From the NCBI RefSeq assembly GCF_001194135.2, contig NC_068983.1, positions 150,252,560 to 150,288,589 of the forward strand: 36,030 nucleotides of DNA, read 5' to 3'. The translations under genes were made by a program, and so were the position numbers. This document shows, one piece after another, positions 11,251 through 23,883 of this stretch; the stretch's first letter is position 1; every line of letters starts with the position of its first letter. The notes under the pieces were generated by a model. That model saw only the letters and a program-made list of their open reading frames with translations. It was not told the DNA's origin and did not search any database. This DNA comes from Octopus bimaculoides (lineage: Eukaryota).

Positions 11251-13598
11251 TCAGGGTGACTAACTGCACTGCTGTGCCCATTCAGACATCACTTGGTTCA
11301 GAATTATTTTCACTAGTCTTACTATAATTATTACCATGCTCATTCTTTTCACTAAAAACTTGTACTATGACCTAACCAGCTGATATCTGCCTCTGGACCA
11401 TTGGTGATTTAAATTGATAAAAATTAGAAAAATTCAGGTAAACATACACTTGTAATAAGAGCTGTAGGTGATATGAAACAAAGCTAGCAGGTTGCTAGGA
11501 AATTTGCTTATGAACTAGGACATTAGTAGTCAAAATTGGCCACTTGTATCTTGGGTACAATCATATTGCAGCTGATAATTCAGTTTTTCATGTTCAAAGG
11601 GTAAATAATTGCAGAAAATCAGCAATAATCTGTAAATTAAAGTAAATCAAATTTGAAGAACCACAAACACCAAATGATATCAGAACTTTTCCACATTAAA
11701 GTAAACGTTTTTCTTTACTTAATTCCACATAAATAATTCTAAGTTGAAAAAAACCTCTTTAACTTGTTATTTTGCTCTATAGTAGTTATAATTGAAGACT
11801 AATTAACCCAAGTTTCATTTTGTAATTTCATAAACAAGTAGTGAATGGTAACACATTTATACACACACACATTAATCCTTTAAAATATAAATACATACTT
11901 AGTCATTTGGTTCCTCATTAAAATTGTACAACTATAGCATGTAAGTTTATTGCAGAACTAAAATATAATTAAAATAAAAAAACAGAAATGCTTTCTGCTA
12001 CACAGAATAATTATACTTTCTACTATACACAACAGTAGCATCAAATGCATTTCAGGCACAAGAAGTTTGGTACACTTCATGAGGACTGGAATGCAGGCCT
12101 GAACTCGCTACCTCACTTTTTGCTTTCCTTGCATAACATTAGTTACCGCACTGATGACAAGACCCCCACCACCACCACCACCACCACCCCCTTGTAGTGT
12201 ATCCAGAAGATTGTTTTGACATACAAGTGTGACACCAATTACTACAGTCAAGATGACACTTGTGTAGAAATTTTTCAACAGCATCATGGAAGGTAAAACA
12301 TGTTAAGACATATTCTTGGCTTGACATTTAGAAGGATACTCATTCTGGTAATATTCTGTGGTGCTACCTTAGGATGCAGTCTACCTCACTTATAGTAAAA
12401 TATTTCATTATAGTAGAACTAAAATGAGAGTAAAATGGAACAAGTACTTTTCAGAATTTCATCATTTCCATTATTTTAATTTACTTTCATTTCAGTCCTA
12501 TTACTCTGAGATAGACTACAAGCTAAAGTAACACTACTAAAATTTTGTAATTCAATTTCAAATAAGAGAATAGAATCTACATTTGGTCATTTGTAACTCT
12601 CAACCAGGTGAAATAGTGAAATGGATAAGGATTTGAATCATTCAGTACATAGATCTCAAGTTAAAATCATATAGTAATCATTTCATTGCATTTTGGAGTA
12701 TTGTTAATTCCATCTCAGTTTCCCTCAGTTAAAATAGATACCAGCTCTAGGAATGTTGCCAGCAAACTTGCATCTCAGACAAAGGTTTAATCATCACCCT
12801 TTAAATACAATGAAAGCATAGTTAGGCACTATTTCTGATAACTTTTAAGAAAAGTTATGGCTTTATACGATTATACATAAAGGCCCCAGAAATAAAAATA
12901 TTCCTTATACCATTAGTAGTAAAAGTGAAACTATTTTGCAGTTTAATTCTCTGGGCTGTTACCTTTTCTCTAAGACACAAAAAATATCAATTCATCATCA
13001 TCAAATTCTATATTCGGTCCTAGGTATGTCATCTCTAATACCTAGAGTTTCTAAAAGAAAATGAGAATTGCAGTATTTTTATTTTCATAATTGCTATATA
13101 TGTAAATAAAACAGCTCCAACTTGGAGTCAAAAGTGCACAACAGAGTTCATTCTCTTGGAAAGTTACTACCAGTTCGAGTTACCCAAACCTTCATTGATA
13201 TGGAAAGAAGAGTATAAGCAGAACAATGCATAATAAAGGGATCATAGCTACAGGCTAGGAAACCAATGTGGAAAAATAAACATGAAGATGTGTATCATCT
13301 CATGATATATACATGAGTTACATGAATCTGTATATACTAATTGCCCATTTGTTGAAATTTCAGTTATCATTTATGAAATTCATAAAATGTGTGATAAGAT
13401 ATTTTACAAAATTTTTGCCAAAAAACAATCATTAATTTCCTCAGACTAGTTTTTGTGTATTCGTCTTTCATAGTAAGTCTTAAACATTCGCCTCAACTTG
13501 TTACAATTTCCATGTTTCCATGTCACAATCATTCTTTTCATGCACAATATAACAGTTTTGATCAATGAAGAAAGAAACCCTGCAAAATCTTCATAGAA

Positions 13599-14335
13599 AT
13601 CATCATCATCATCATCATCATCGTTTAACGTCCGCTTTCCATGCTAGCATGGGTTGGACGATTTGACTGAGGACTGGTGAAACCGGATGGCAACACCAGA
13701 CTCCAGTCTAATTTGGCAGAGTTTCTACAGCTGGATGCCCTTCCTAACGCTAACCACTCAGAGAGTGTAGTGGGTGCTTTTACGTGTCACCCGCACGAAA
13801 ACGGCCACGCTCGAAATGGTGTCTTTTATGTGCCACCCGCACAAGCCNNNNNNNNNNNNNNNNNNNNNNNNNNNNNNNNNNNNNNNNNNNNNNNNNNNNN
13901 NNNNNNNNNNNNNNNNNNNNNNNNNNNNNNNNNNNNNNNNNNNNNNNNNNNNNNNNNNNNNNNNNNNNNNNNNNNNNNNNNNNNNNNNNNNNNNNNNNNN
14001 NNNNNNNNNNNNNNNNNNNNNNNNNNNNNNNACCAGTCCAGGGGCACTGGCAACGATCTTACTTGGCTTGCCGGGTCTTCTCACGCACAGCACATTTCCA
14101 AAGGTCTCGGTCAGTAGTCATCGCCTCGGTGAGGCCCAATGTACGAAGGTCTTGCCTCACCACCTCAGCCCAGGTCTTCCTGGGCCTACCTCTTCCACGG
14201 GTTCCCTCAACTGTTAGGGTGTGGCACTTTTTCACGCAGCTATCCTCATCCATTCTCACCACATGTCCATACCAGCGCAATCGTCTCTCTTGCATGCCAC
14301 AACTGATGCTTCTAATGTTCAGCTTTTCTCTCAAG
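13599..14335 (-). mobile_element. 5'-truncated RTE-clade LINE (ORF C-terminus, 3' UTR, (GAT)n tail), spanning a gap
   Basis: Encodes LREKLNIRSISCGMQERRLRWYGHVVRMDEDSCVKKCHTLTVEGTRGRGRPRKTWAEVVRQDL..DRDLWKCAV. The RRLRW.GHV.RM and G.R.RGRPRKTW motifs are typical of RTE. The tail is a (CAT)n run at 13599-13622. Confidence 0.9.
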
Positions 14336-15137
14336 AAATATATCATGTAATTCATTAAATGAACAAAATAAAGTAGCTGCAATTCAAGTGAAATTAGACG
14401 GGAATTCAAATGCTGCTTACATAAAGAATGAATTAGTAAGCTTGAGAAACAATGAAAGCAGATAGAAATGAATGTTAGATCAGTAACCAGTAAATACTAT
14501 TTCTTCATGGCTTGTCTCAGTTCTAGAGAAGCCACTGAATGATAACACTTTACTATTATTAAGCGAAAACAGTTCAGGATGTGAAGTGTTGGAAGAAAAC
14601 TGTTAGCAAACTTAAGCCAATGTTATGTACTTCATTATAATAGGCACTGAAATTGTTCAGAATAAAAGAGTATTTGAGTCAACAATTAACTAAAACAAAC
14701 CTACTTTCATTTTGTAATTGATAGAGTAGATGCATTTTTGTTCTAAATAATTCAAGCAACTGGTAATTAGTAAATTTTGAATGTACAATGAGGATCTTCT
14801 GACAAACATAACTTACAAGTTCAAAGGTTAGTCATGTTCACTTAATATGCAACTTAACAGACATGACATGCTAAACCCCATAATCAAAGTTTACATATCT
14901 TTGGTGTAACCTTTGTACCTACTATTTTCATGTACAGTCAAGCAGTGATTATTTTGAGAGGCACTTTTAGTTTTTAGATACTGTATGGAGTAAATAACTT
15001 CCAAATTTTATACAGCATATATGTATGATGTATTTAAATGGTATAACAATACACTCAAACAGTGCAGTTATATACTCAAAATTATTTCAAATTTACAGTA
15101 ACAGCAAAAGATATAAAGTAACCTAATTCCTCTAAGC

Positions 15138-15284
15138 CAGTCATGGGTAAACTGCAGCCCACAAGACTTTCTGAAGTGCATGCCTAATGAAAAATTACGT
15201 TGAAGTTTTTTTAGTAGTATGACCCGCCTAGTGATGAGCCATGACTCATGCAGCCTGCTTCTCCAAAAGGATTGCCCATGCCTG
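15138..15284. mobile_element. hAT (Charlie-like) MITE, 147 bp, with TIRs and 8-bp TSD
   Basis: Left TIR is CAGTCATGGGTAAACT; the right TIR reverse-complements to CAGGCATGGGCAATCC. Flanks ctctaagc and ctctaatc match at 7/8 with central TA, like the nTCTAGAn Charlie target. Confidence 0.8.
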
Positions 15285-15529
15285 CTCTAATCTATTTAAT
15301 TTATAACTACTAAATTTCAATGCTTTTATGTTGGTTCACCCACCCACTTACCAATGCAGTGGGGGTTAGATGTATTACTGTACAATAACAAAGTATCTCT
15401 TCATATGCTTCAGACATATCAATAAGAAGGCCAATATCCTTAAATCTGACTTAACAACTTCTCCATATAAGTCTTGTTTGATCTATCTCATTCACACGTT
15501 ATTTCTTGTTACCTCCATCAGCCTGCACC

Positions 15530-15699
15530 AAACTATAGCTCTAAAACACTGGAATAAACAGAGTTAAAAGCTCAATTAAAAGAATTCTGTAACTAATGTC
15601 TGATCAATAAGAGTAAAATGTTTCAGTAAAGAACGATTTTTGTACTCTAACAGGTTTACATTTTGAATGTAATCTGAATGTGCATGGTCAATCATTGTT
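15530..15699 (+). repeat. 170-bp duplicate of 16328-16497, bracketed by a 29-30-bp direct repeat
   Basis: Read by eye as identical to 16328-16497. ttgttacctccatcagcctgcacc(c)aaact occurs at 15506-15534 and 15695-15724. Confidence 0.9.
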
Positions 15700-15836
15700 A
15701 CCTCCATCAGCCTGCACCCAAACTTCTACAATAGCAATCAAGATTTGATTCTCAGCTACTTTTCCAGCTCGTTTGTGTGCCCCTAATAATATATAAGGTT
15801 AATTAAAAGGAATTCATCAATCTAGATGAACGGATG

Positions 15837-15985
15837 CAGACATGCTGTGTGGTTAAGTTCACTTCTCAACCATGTGGTCCAGGAATCAATCCCACTGTGT
15901 AACACTTGTCTTCTACCATAACCAAAGGCTGACCACTACCTTGTGAGTGGAATCTGGTAAACAAGGTATGTGTGTGTGTGCATAT
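15837..15985 (+). mobile_element. Degenerate tRNA-derived SINE 5' half
   Basis: gctgtgtggttaag..caaccatgtggtcc..aatcccactgtgt..gtcttctac..ccttgtgagtggaatctggta matches the other SINE copies. Confidence 0.7.
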
Positions 15986-17669
15986 GCACTAGCGAGAAAA
16001 CTGAAAAAGCAGTGCTATTCAAACTGGGCTTCTTGTGATATTTGTTCTGCACTGAGTTACAAATGCTCATCATTTTCACCATCAGAAATGTAGTAAATTA
16101 ATGACTGACCTGTTAGAAACCTGAATCAAAAACAGTTGTGATACAAAATAAAGTTAAAAATGATATAAAACTCAGCATTTCTTATCAGGAAACATGATCT
16201 TACAGTTAGTTTGTAAATCCAAATTAAAGAATTAATACCTACTACAAAGTTTCAGAAAGAAGAAATCTAAATGCAGACAAAATCATATCAACAGGGAAAT
16301 ACAAGCTATTGTTTTTAATTGAAGCTTAAACTATAGCTCTAAAACACTGGAATAAACAGAGTTAAAAGCTCAATTAAAAGAATTCTGTAACTAATGTCTG
16401 ATCAATAAGAGTAAAATGTTTCAGTAAAGAACGATTTTTGTACTCTAACAGGTTTACATTTTGAATGTAATCTGAATGTGCATGGTCAATCATTGTTGGG
16501 AAGTATCGATTTAGATTAACATAGCAAGTTTCAGGAGGGGGGGGGTACTTTTTATGCATAATATTATGTTCATGATAACATATCCATGCTGCGATGATGT
16601 CATTCAGTTATGAAAGATAGTGGCACCCAATGATAATTAGATCATAACTAGAAACTGTATAGCAAGGAAAAGAATAACATATTTGAACAAATCTTGTGTT
16701 TCTGTGTCACTTAATATACAAGTATTTAAACTTATTTACTCCTAAATGAACTATAATAGTATAACAATATTTTGAAAGCTCTCGTATAATTTGATAAAGG
16801 ATGAACAGATGCCAATGAACCACAAAATGCTTAAATTCTTAGGTATTTCCACTGTCAGAAAAATATTTATACAACTAACATTTACATGGCACAGCTTTAC
16901 CATCAACACTAACCAAATGCTTCATGATTAGATAGTCAATTTGTTTTCATGTTGAAGCTTCAACAGGATTCAGTAAAATCAATGGAAAAGTAATGAACAG
17001 TTGCTGAAATTCACATACAAAATAGAAAATGTCAAAGTAATACCAATTCAATAATTGTATATATAAAACTACATCAAGTATGCCACTTTTTTTTTTTTTT
17101 TTAATTTTTTAGCATTCATTCACAAACACAGGGTTTCATAATGTCTACAGTAGCTTCTATTAGGTTAGGAAGTAGGATATCAAAGTAAATTACTTCAATG
17201 CTTTAATAAATTCAAGTGTTCAAAATCTGAATATACAACTTAGTGAAGTTAATGACATTATCCTAGATTATGGCTAAATATTTGAGACAACCTAAGTTGG
17301 TATTAAGCAGTCAACCATCAACATAGGCCAATGAGTGAACCTGCTTCTTTAGCACAGACCTTGCAAAGCAAAGTGTAATCCCAGTTTGTATCTTGGGACT
17401 TAATGAGCTAATCTGTCAAATACCAGACTGAAGTAAGCAACTTTGTATTAAAAACATTTAGAGTAACTACTAGCCAAAATCAATAGAAAGAGCCAACAAT
17501 ATCCAACTTTTCATATTATCATAATCATTGTCATTATTACTACTACTACTATTGCAAAATGAAACTGATATCAGAAAACCAGGTTTGAAGAATCTTATCC
17601 CATATTTCCTGGTAACAAAATCAAGTAAAACCACTGACAACAGACTAAACATCTTTACATAAATTACTA

Positions 17670-18095
17670 AGGCATGGCTGTATGGTTAAGAAATTCACTT
17701 CCCAACCACAAGGTTTTGAGTTCAGTCCCAGTGTGTGCACTCTGGGTAAGTGTCTAGTACAAACCAAAGCCAACCAAAACATTGAGTAAATTTCATAAAT
17801 GGAAACTGAAAGAAGCCCATCCTATGTCATGTATATATGCATATATGTGCATAAGAATATTTGTGTCTCCTTGTTCAACATCACATGATATAAACAAGAG
17901 TCACCATTTTACAAGTTGTGTTGTTCATTTCCAACCTTCTGTGGTAAAATATGCAGCCAGGAAAGTGGTGGTGGGGGGTACCTTGCTAGGAAACAGGCAA
18001 GGATTGGCAACAGAAAGGGAATCTATCATAGAAAATCTGTTTCAATTAATACTGTCTAACCCATGCAAGCATTGAAAAATGAACATCTAAACAAT
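17670..18095 (+). mobile_element. Near full-length tRNA-derived SINE
   Basis: Has the 5' head ggcatggctgtatggttaagaa..ttcagtccca, the core ggaaactgaaagaagccc, a central AT microsatellite, and the 3' end ccatgcaagcattgaaaaatgaacatctaaac. Confidence 0.75.
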
Positions 18096-18599
18096 GAATG
18101 ATAAACAACAATTTTAAAGCTATTTACTAAAATGATCATGATTGTAATATAAATCTCAAAAATGCAATTTTTAACATTCTGTAATCTTGGATCTTGTTAC
18201 AAGAGTCAACAACCTACTAATTGCAAAAAGAATCATCCACTATTTTTTTTTTTTAATTATTAATTTGTAAATGATGATAATGATTTTATAAATGAAATGG
18301 ATCTGCTAATATGTCATTTGAGTTTTAAATCTTATCTCATGTGTTCTATATTATGAAACCTCTCATTAAAAAATTTTTTTACACTTAACAGTACTCATTT
18401 AAAAGAATGAAATCATCAATGACACTAAAAAGCTAAACAAAAATTTTACAAAACAGACTAATAAAAAGGAATTATTATGCAGTATCTCAATCTACTCAAT
18501 GCTATAGAGCTGTCTATATCTCCTTTGAAGATCTTGGTTTCAAATCAGGAATCGCAAGCAACAAGACCCCTGGCATAGAAAATAGCCTGAGACCCTAAA

Positions 18600-18795
18600 A
18601 CCAAGGTGCAACGTAAAAAGCACTGGTGATGGTGCCACATAAAAAACACTTGGTATACTCTGCAAAGTGGTTAGTTTTAAGAAGGGTATCCAACTGCAGA
18701 AACCAAACCAAAAACAGACTATGAACCTGGGGCAGCCCCTGGCTTTGCCAGTTCTATGCTAGTATGGAAAACAGAGGTTAAATGTTGATGATGAG
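18600..18795 (+). mobile_element. Old RTE 3' UTR fragment
   Basis: cgtaaaaagcac..gtggttag..aagaagggtatccaactgcagaaacc..atgctagtatggaaaacagaggttaaatgttgatgatga is a decayed version of the RTE tail. Confidence 0.6.
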
Positions 18796-19537
18796 ATGCA
18801 ACAAATATGGCTATGATGCCTATCAAGCCACTAAGTTTAACCCAAGTAAATTATATCGGACAAATGAGTCTCATCTCACTTTTCAATAACCATAGTGAGA
18901 GAAAACACACAAAAAAACAACAGAAAAAAAACAACAGATAAGAAAAGCAAAATAGTATGTCAACATACACCACAAGTAAAAATTAAATAAGAACAAAAAG
19001 TATTAAAAGAACAAGACAAGTTTTATTTCAAAACTCATTAAAATAATGATAAAAAACTGTTTAAATGCAAGGAAAATAGAGAAATATTAAATTTTGTTTT
19101 TCTTTTGAGAACTGAGAAAAAAAAGTTGGCATTTTAGAAAGTAATCCAATTGTAGTTTGCTACGCAAGAACAATTTTATTATATTTCTTGAAAACAAGTA
19201 GAAATGGAAGATTTGTAATATAGCAACTAAAATAAGATTTATGTGGATGAATTTATATAAATATGCTCTACAACAGAGAAACAAAGAAATAAAACAGAAT
19301 GGCATGTAACATAAACACTAAAACAACCAAAAACACTGGAAATTCATAGTAGTTTACAACAGGTAAACTGGAGAAAACTACACAAACATTTCTCTTTGTT
19401 TCACCAATAATTTCAATGGAATACAATAACAAATGTAGAAAACATAGTGAACAAACACTTAGCCGTTAAAGTATTAAACAAAGGAAATTTCATAATATTC
19501 AATATTTATATTGTTAAAATACATTTAGGATTTTCGA

Positions 19538-19838
19538 GCAAGATCATTGCCAGTGTCCCTGGACTGGCTCTTGTGCGGGTGGCACATAAAATACACCATT
19601 TTGAGTGTGGCCGTTGTCAGTACCGCCTGACTGGCCTTCGTGCGGGTGACACATAAGAGCACCCACTACACTCTCGGAGTGGTTGGTTTTAGGAAGGGCA
19701 TCCAGCCGTAGAAACTCTGCCAAATCAGCTTGGAGCCTGGTGTAGCCATCTAGTTTCACCAGTCCTCAGTCAAATCGTCCAACCCATGCTAGCATGGAAA
19801 GCAGACGTTAAACGACAACGACGATGATGATGATGATG
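19538..19838 (+). mobile_element. RTE LINE 3' UTR copy with (GAT)n tail
   Basis: High similarity to the reverse complement of 13599-13847 and 14031-14060; ends ggaaagcagacgttaaacgacaacgacgatgatgatgatgatg. Confidence 0.9.
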
Positions 19839-20271
19839 TGCTATCTTAAAAAGAAACTAACTCAGAAAATTATCTAGTAAGTGTACATATGTTTTGTTTT
19901 TTTTTAATGACCCTTGATTATCTTTACTGATTCTGAGAAAGATGTAATTAAACCTTTAATGCTATAATTTTCAAGATTTCTGAAACATCCAATACATTTT
20001 ATAAGAACTTATTCAGTTGTAACTTTTTCTAACTGCTGAGGGAAGACAACTAAAAATGATGATTCAACATCACAAGTGTAATGATAACAGAAAGACAGAA
20101 CAGTAAGATAAGCACAGATAGGAGTACAGTAGACACTAACCTACAATCACCGAGAAGCATTTGAGAGGAAAAAGTTTCCACAGCAACAAGAGAGGTAATT
20201 CAAGGGAGCTTATTTATGCATTCATTAAAATGTTTTCAGCAACGATTTGATTAACATTAAATTAAAATAAT

Positions 20272-20511
20272 TCATCATCATCATTATCATCATCATCATC
20301 ATCGTCGTTTAACGTCCGCTTTCCATGCTAGCATGGGTTGGACGATTTGACTGAGGACTGGTGAAACCGGATGGCAACACCAGGCTCCAATCCAATTTGG
20401 TATAGTTTCTACAGCTGGATGCCCTTCCTAACGCCAACCACTCAGAGTGTAGTGGGTGCTTTTACGTGTCACCCGCACGAAAACAGCCACGCTCGAAATG
20501 GTGTCTTTTAT
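20272..20511 (-). mobile_element. RTE LINE 3' UTR copy
   Basis: (CAT)n + cgtttaacgtccgctttccatgctagcatgggttggacgatttgactgagg..., nearly identical to 13599-13820. Confidence 0.9.
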
Positions 20512-21609
20512 AATTATTCTTGAAAAATATATAAATAAAATGTAAATGGAATGCAATATTTACACTGAATCCATGGCAAGAGTGATCAATATACACCAGT
20601 ATTTAGTTTCAATCATTTAATTTGTGTAAAGAAATTTTATAAATAGGATTAAAATGAATGAAACAGAATTATGTGACAGTGATAGAGTGACAGTGGGTGA
20701 TAATCTTTGGTTGAATGCAATAAACTATTTAGTCCTGATGTGCCTAGTTATTCACAAAGTTACTTTAATATCTACTGACAGACTAAGCCTGAGCACAGAC
20801 CCCTAATTTATTTCCTAACTAAATATGGTATCAATGAATCAATTTTTTGTAACTGATAGGGTCTTCCCTCCACCCTCCATATATATATTTCCAATTTAAC
20901 CACAATAAGAACCATAAAGCCAAAAGAAAAATTGCAAATGTTAAATGTGCCAAAGAAGGCAAGAATCCTCAGCATTTTGGTTGTTGTAATCTGCCTGAAT
21001 CCATGATTTGAAATATTAAATACGTTTTATAAAGTAAGCTTTAATAACATCCTTTAAAAAATTCAAAAATTGAACTAGAGAATAAAGTTTACATAATGAT
21101 ACAACCCTAAAACAAATATTGGAGTTGCCTTACCATCAAAGCATTTAGAGCTGAAAATCTGAATTAGAATTATGTGAATAGTGTTCTTGTAATTATATTT
21201 ATAGCTAGCAAAGATTACTTTAATAAATTAATAAAATGACAGTTTCATAGTATAGGTAGAGAAACCATGAATGCTAATCACATAGCTGCAATTGCATTTC
21301 CAAAGGAGTTGCAATTTAGGAATTTAGAAAATTAATGTAGTCCAACAAACCAAATTTTTTATTCAGAGGAAAATGATTTTCATGTAAGAGTATGTCATTG
21401 TCATAATCATCAGTTTACATCTACTTCCATGCTGGCATAGGTTGGACACATCATCATGGCCTGAATCACTATTATTATTCTGAGATAGTAACCCTTCAAG
21501 ATGGGTCAGGTGATCACACCATTCTCATTATAACAGGCTTCTAATCAACAAAACACAAACATGCTTTTATGGTATGTACCCATGAACTTGCAGCCTATTT
21601 ACTTACTGC

Positions 21610-21965
21610 TCATCATCATCATCGTTTAACGTCCGCTTTCCATGCTAGCATGGGTTGGACGATTTGACAGAGGACTGGTGAACCAGATGGCTACACCAGG
21701 CTCCAATCTGATTTGGCAGAGTTTCTACAGCTAGATGCCTTTCCTAATGCCAACCACTTCCAGAGTGTAGTGGGTGCTTTTACGTGCCACCGGCAACGAA
21801 GGCCAGTCAGGTGGTACTGGCAACGGCCACACTCAAAATGATGTATTTTACGTGCCACATGCACAGGAGCCAGTCCAGCGGTACTGGCAACGATCTCACT
21901 TGAATGTCTTTACACGTGCCACCAGCGCAAGTGCCAGGAAGGCGACGCTGGGCACAGGTGCCATC
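21610..21965 (-). mobile_element. RTE LINE 3' UTR copy
   Basis: Same (CAT)n-cgtttaacgtccgc tail and gggtgcttttacgtgccac subunits as the other copies. Confidence 0.9.
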
Positions 21966-23155
21966 ACAATATTTAAAAGGAGCAAACAAGTATAAACAGT
22001 TAAAATTTTCAACATAAAATTATATTACATATAAGGACTATTTTGAAACAGAAAATAGAATGTCTGGTTATTAAACTGCTAAGAAGAGGATGTTACAATC
22101 TAGTACATTATTTCAAGTTTGGCATATTATTTCATTGAAATTTATATTCAAAATGTTGCTTATTCTATTTGTCTCTGGAGACCTAAATCAAACTGATGAC
22201 CAAACTTTAAAATCAATTATGTGCATTTACCTTCTAATGAAATCTCACTGATAGAAATTAGATATAAAACTGCATTAACTGTTCATCAGTTTGAACTTAA
22301 ATCCACTATTTATTTCAGAAGAATAGATCAGTTATGAAAGGATAATAAATCTGGAAATGTTACTCTAATTGCCAACATATTTGCTTAATGCCATTAAACC
22401 AGAACAAAGAATTGATCCTTAAAACCTCTTCAGAAATTTTCTTCTTTCTTTTTGCGATTTTTTTCCCATCCGGACAGTTAAAAAAATATTACTGCACTCA
22501 AAATATACTACCATAAATGGCCCTATCCTAGACTCTTGGTGAAACATATGACTTTAGAAAGCTTAGCTATAAACCTAAATGTGGATAGTGTGAATTCTTG
22601 TAATACTGTTGAATGAAATTAAATTCCTCCATGAAAAAGTTTTAATAATTTTAGGGAACACCATTTTTCTCTCAAACCGTTTCCCTAAGTTACCCCCCAT
22701 TTTTTTTTTTTCTTGTTTTTCAAAAATTCATCTCATCTACCAAGATAATTTGTGCAAATGATTAAATATTTAGGATTCACAACTAACAGTTGCGAGTCAT
22801 CACACATGATTACTATTAAAATACCTCGAAGGAGCAATATGATTTGTAAGAATTTGCCCAGCTTCTCTGTTAATCTCATATGAAATGTTATATTGCTGTA
22901 AAAAAAAAAAAATTAAAAGTTGGTTGAGAGAGCTTTGATGATGTTGAGGGAAAAGATCATATTGCTGTGGAAACAAATATAGTAGCCCTAAATCAAATAC
23001 TGAGAGCTCGCTTAGATAATCAAGAGGTTGACAAATGAAGTGAAATGCAAACTGTTATATGCTGAAAACTTGCACAAGGAACATTACATACAAATCACAT
23101 CAAAATATGGATAAGAGTTTTAGAATGGATCATCTTTGTCACAATTTGATTTCTA

Positions 23156-23396
23156 GGTGGCACGTAAAAAGCACCATTTGAGCATGGCTGATGCCAGGCC
23201 CACCTGACTGGCTCCTGTGCCAGCAGCAGTAAAAAGCATCCACTACACTCTTGGAGTGGTTGACTTTAGGAAGGGAGTCCAACTGTAGAAACCTTGCCAG
23301 AACAGATTGGAGCCTGATGCAGCCTCCTGGCTTGCCAGTCCTCAGTCAAACTGTCCAACCCATGCCAGCATGGAAAGCAGATGTTAAAAGATGATG
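23156..23396 (+). mobile_element. Older RTE 3' UTR copy with decayed CpGs
   Basis: ggtggcacgtaaaaagcacc..ccagtcctcagtcaaactgtccaacccatgccagcatggaaagcagatgttaaaagatgatg. Confidence 0.8.
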
Positions 23397-23843
23397 TCAT
23401 CTCAGAATAGTCTTTAGTTTTGCAAGTAAATGAAGTATTTATGAAAGTAAGTGAAGTATTTATGAAGAAAAAAAAGGTTAGAACCCATAAAAATTATGGG
23501 GTTTATTGAACATGGAATAAATTATGCAAAAAGACTAAGAGTGTAATATAAGCTTATATGGAGTTGAACTGATGGTAGAAATAAGAACAATTAAGTGAGA
23601 GAGAACAATTCTGAATGCATAAGTGTAAAGTGAACTATTAACCTAATTATTCTTTTGCTTAAATATCTTAATACACTTATGTATATCTTAATAATTACAA
23701 TTGTGACAATATTTTTTTCAAGTACAGACTTATAAAACAATACTGGAAGGAAAGATTGCTAATTTCACCTTATCACCTGGTTTGTTTAGTACAAGGACCT
23801 TGTGTGTAAAACCAACAAGCAAAAAGTGGCATAAGCTTGTATG

Positions 23844-23845
<2 letters not shown>

Positions 23846-23880
<35 letters not shown>
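23846..23880. repeat. (GA)n microsatellite
   Basis: Direct reading of the sequence. Confidence 0.95.

Positions 23881-23883
<3 letters not shown>

Noticed and set aside
12722-12797. C/D-box snoRNA-like arrangement on the minus strand (GTGATGA..CTGA..CTGA)
   Set aside because: There is no terminal stem, no clear C' box and no recognisable rRNA or snRNA antisense element; such boxes occur by chance in AT-rich DNA.
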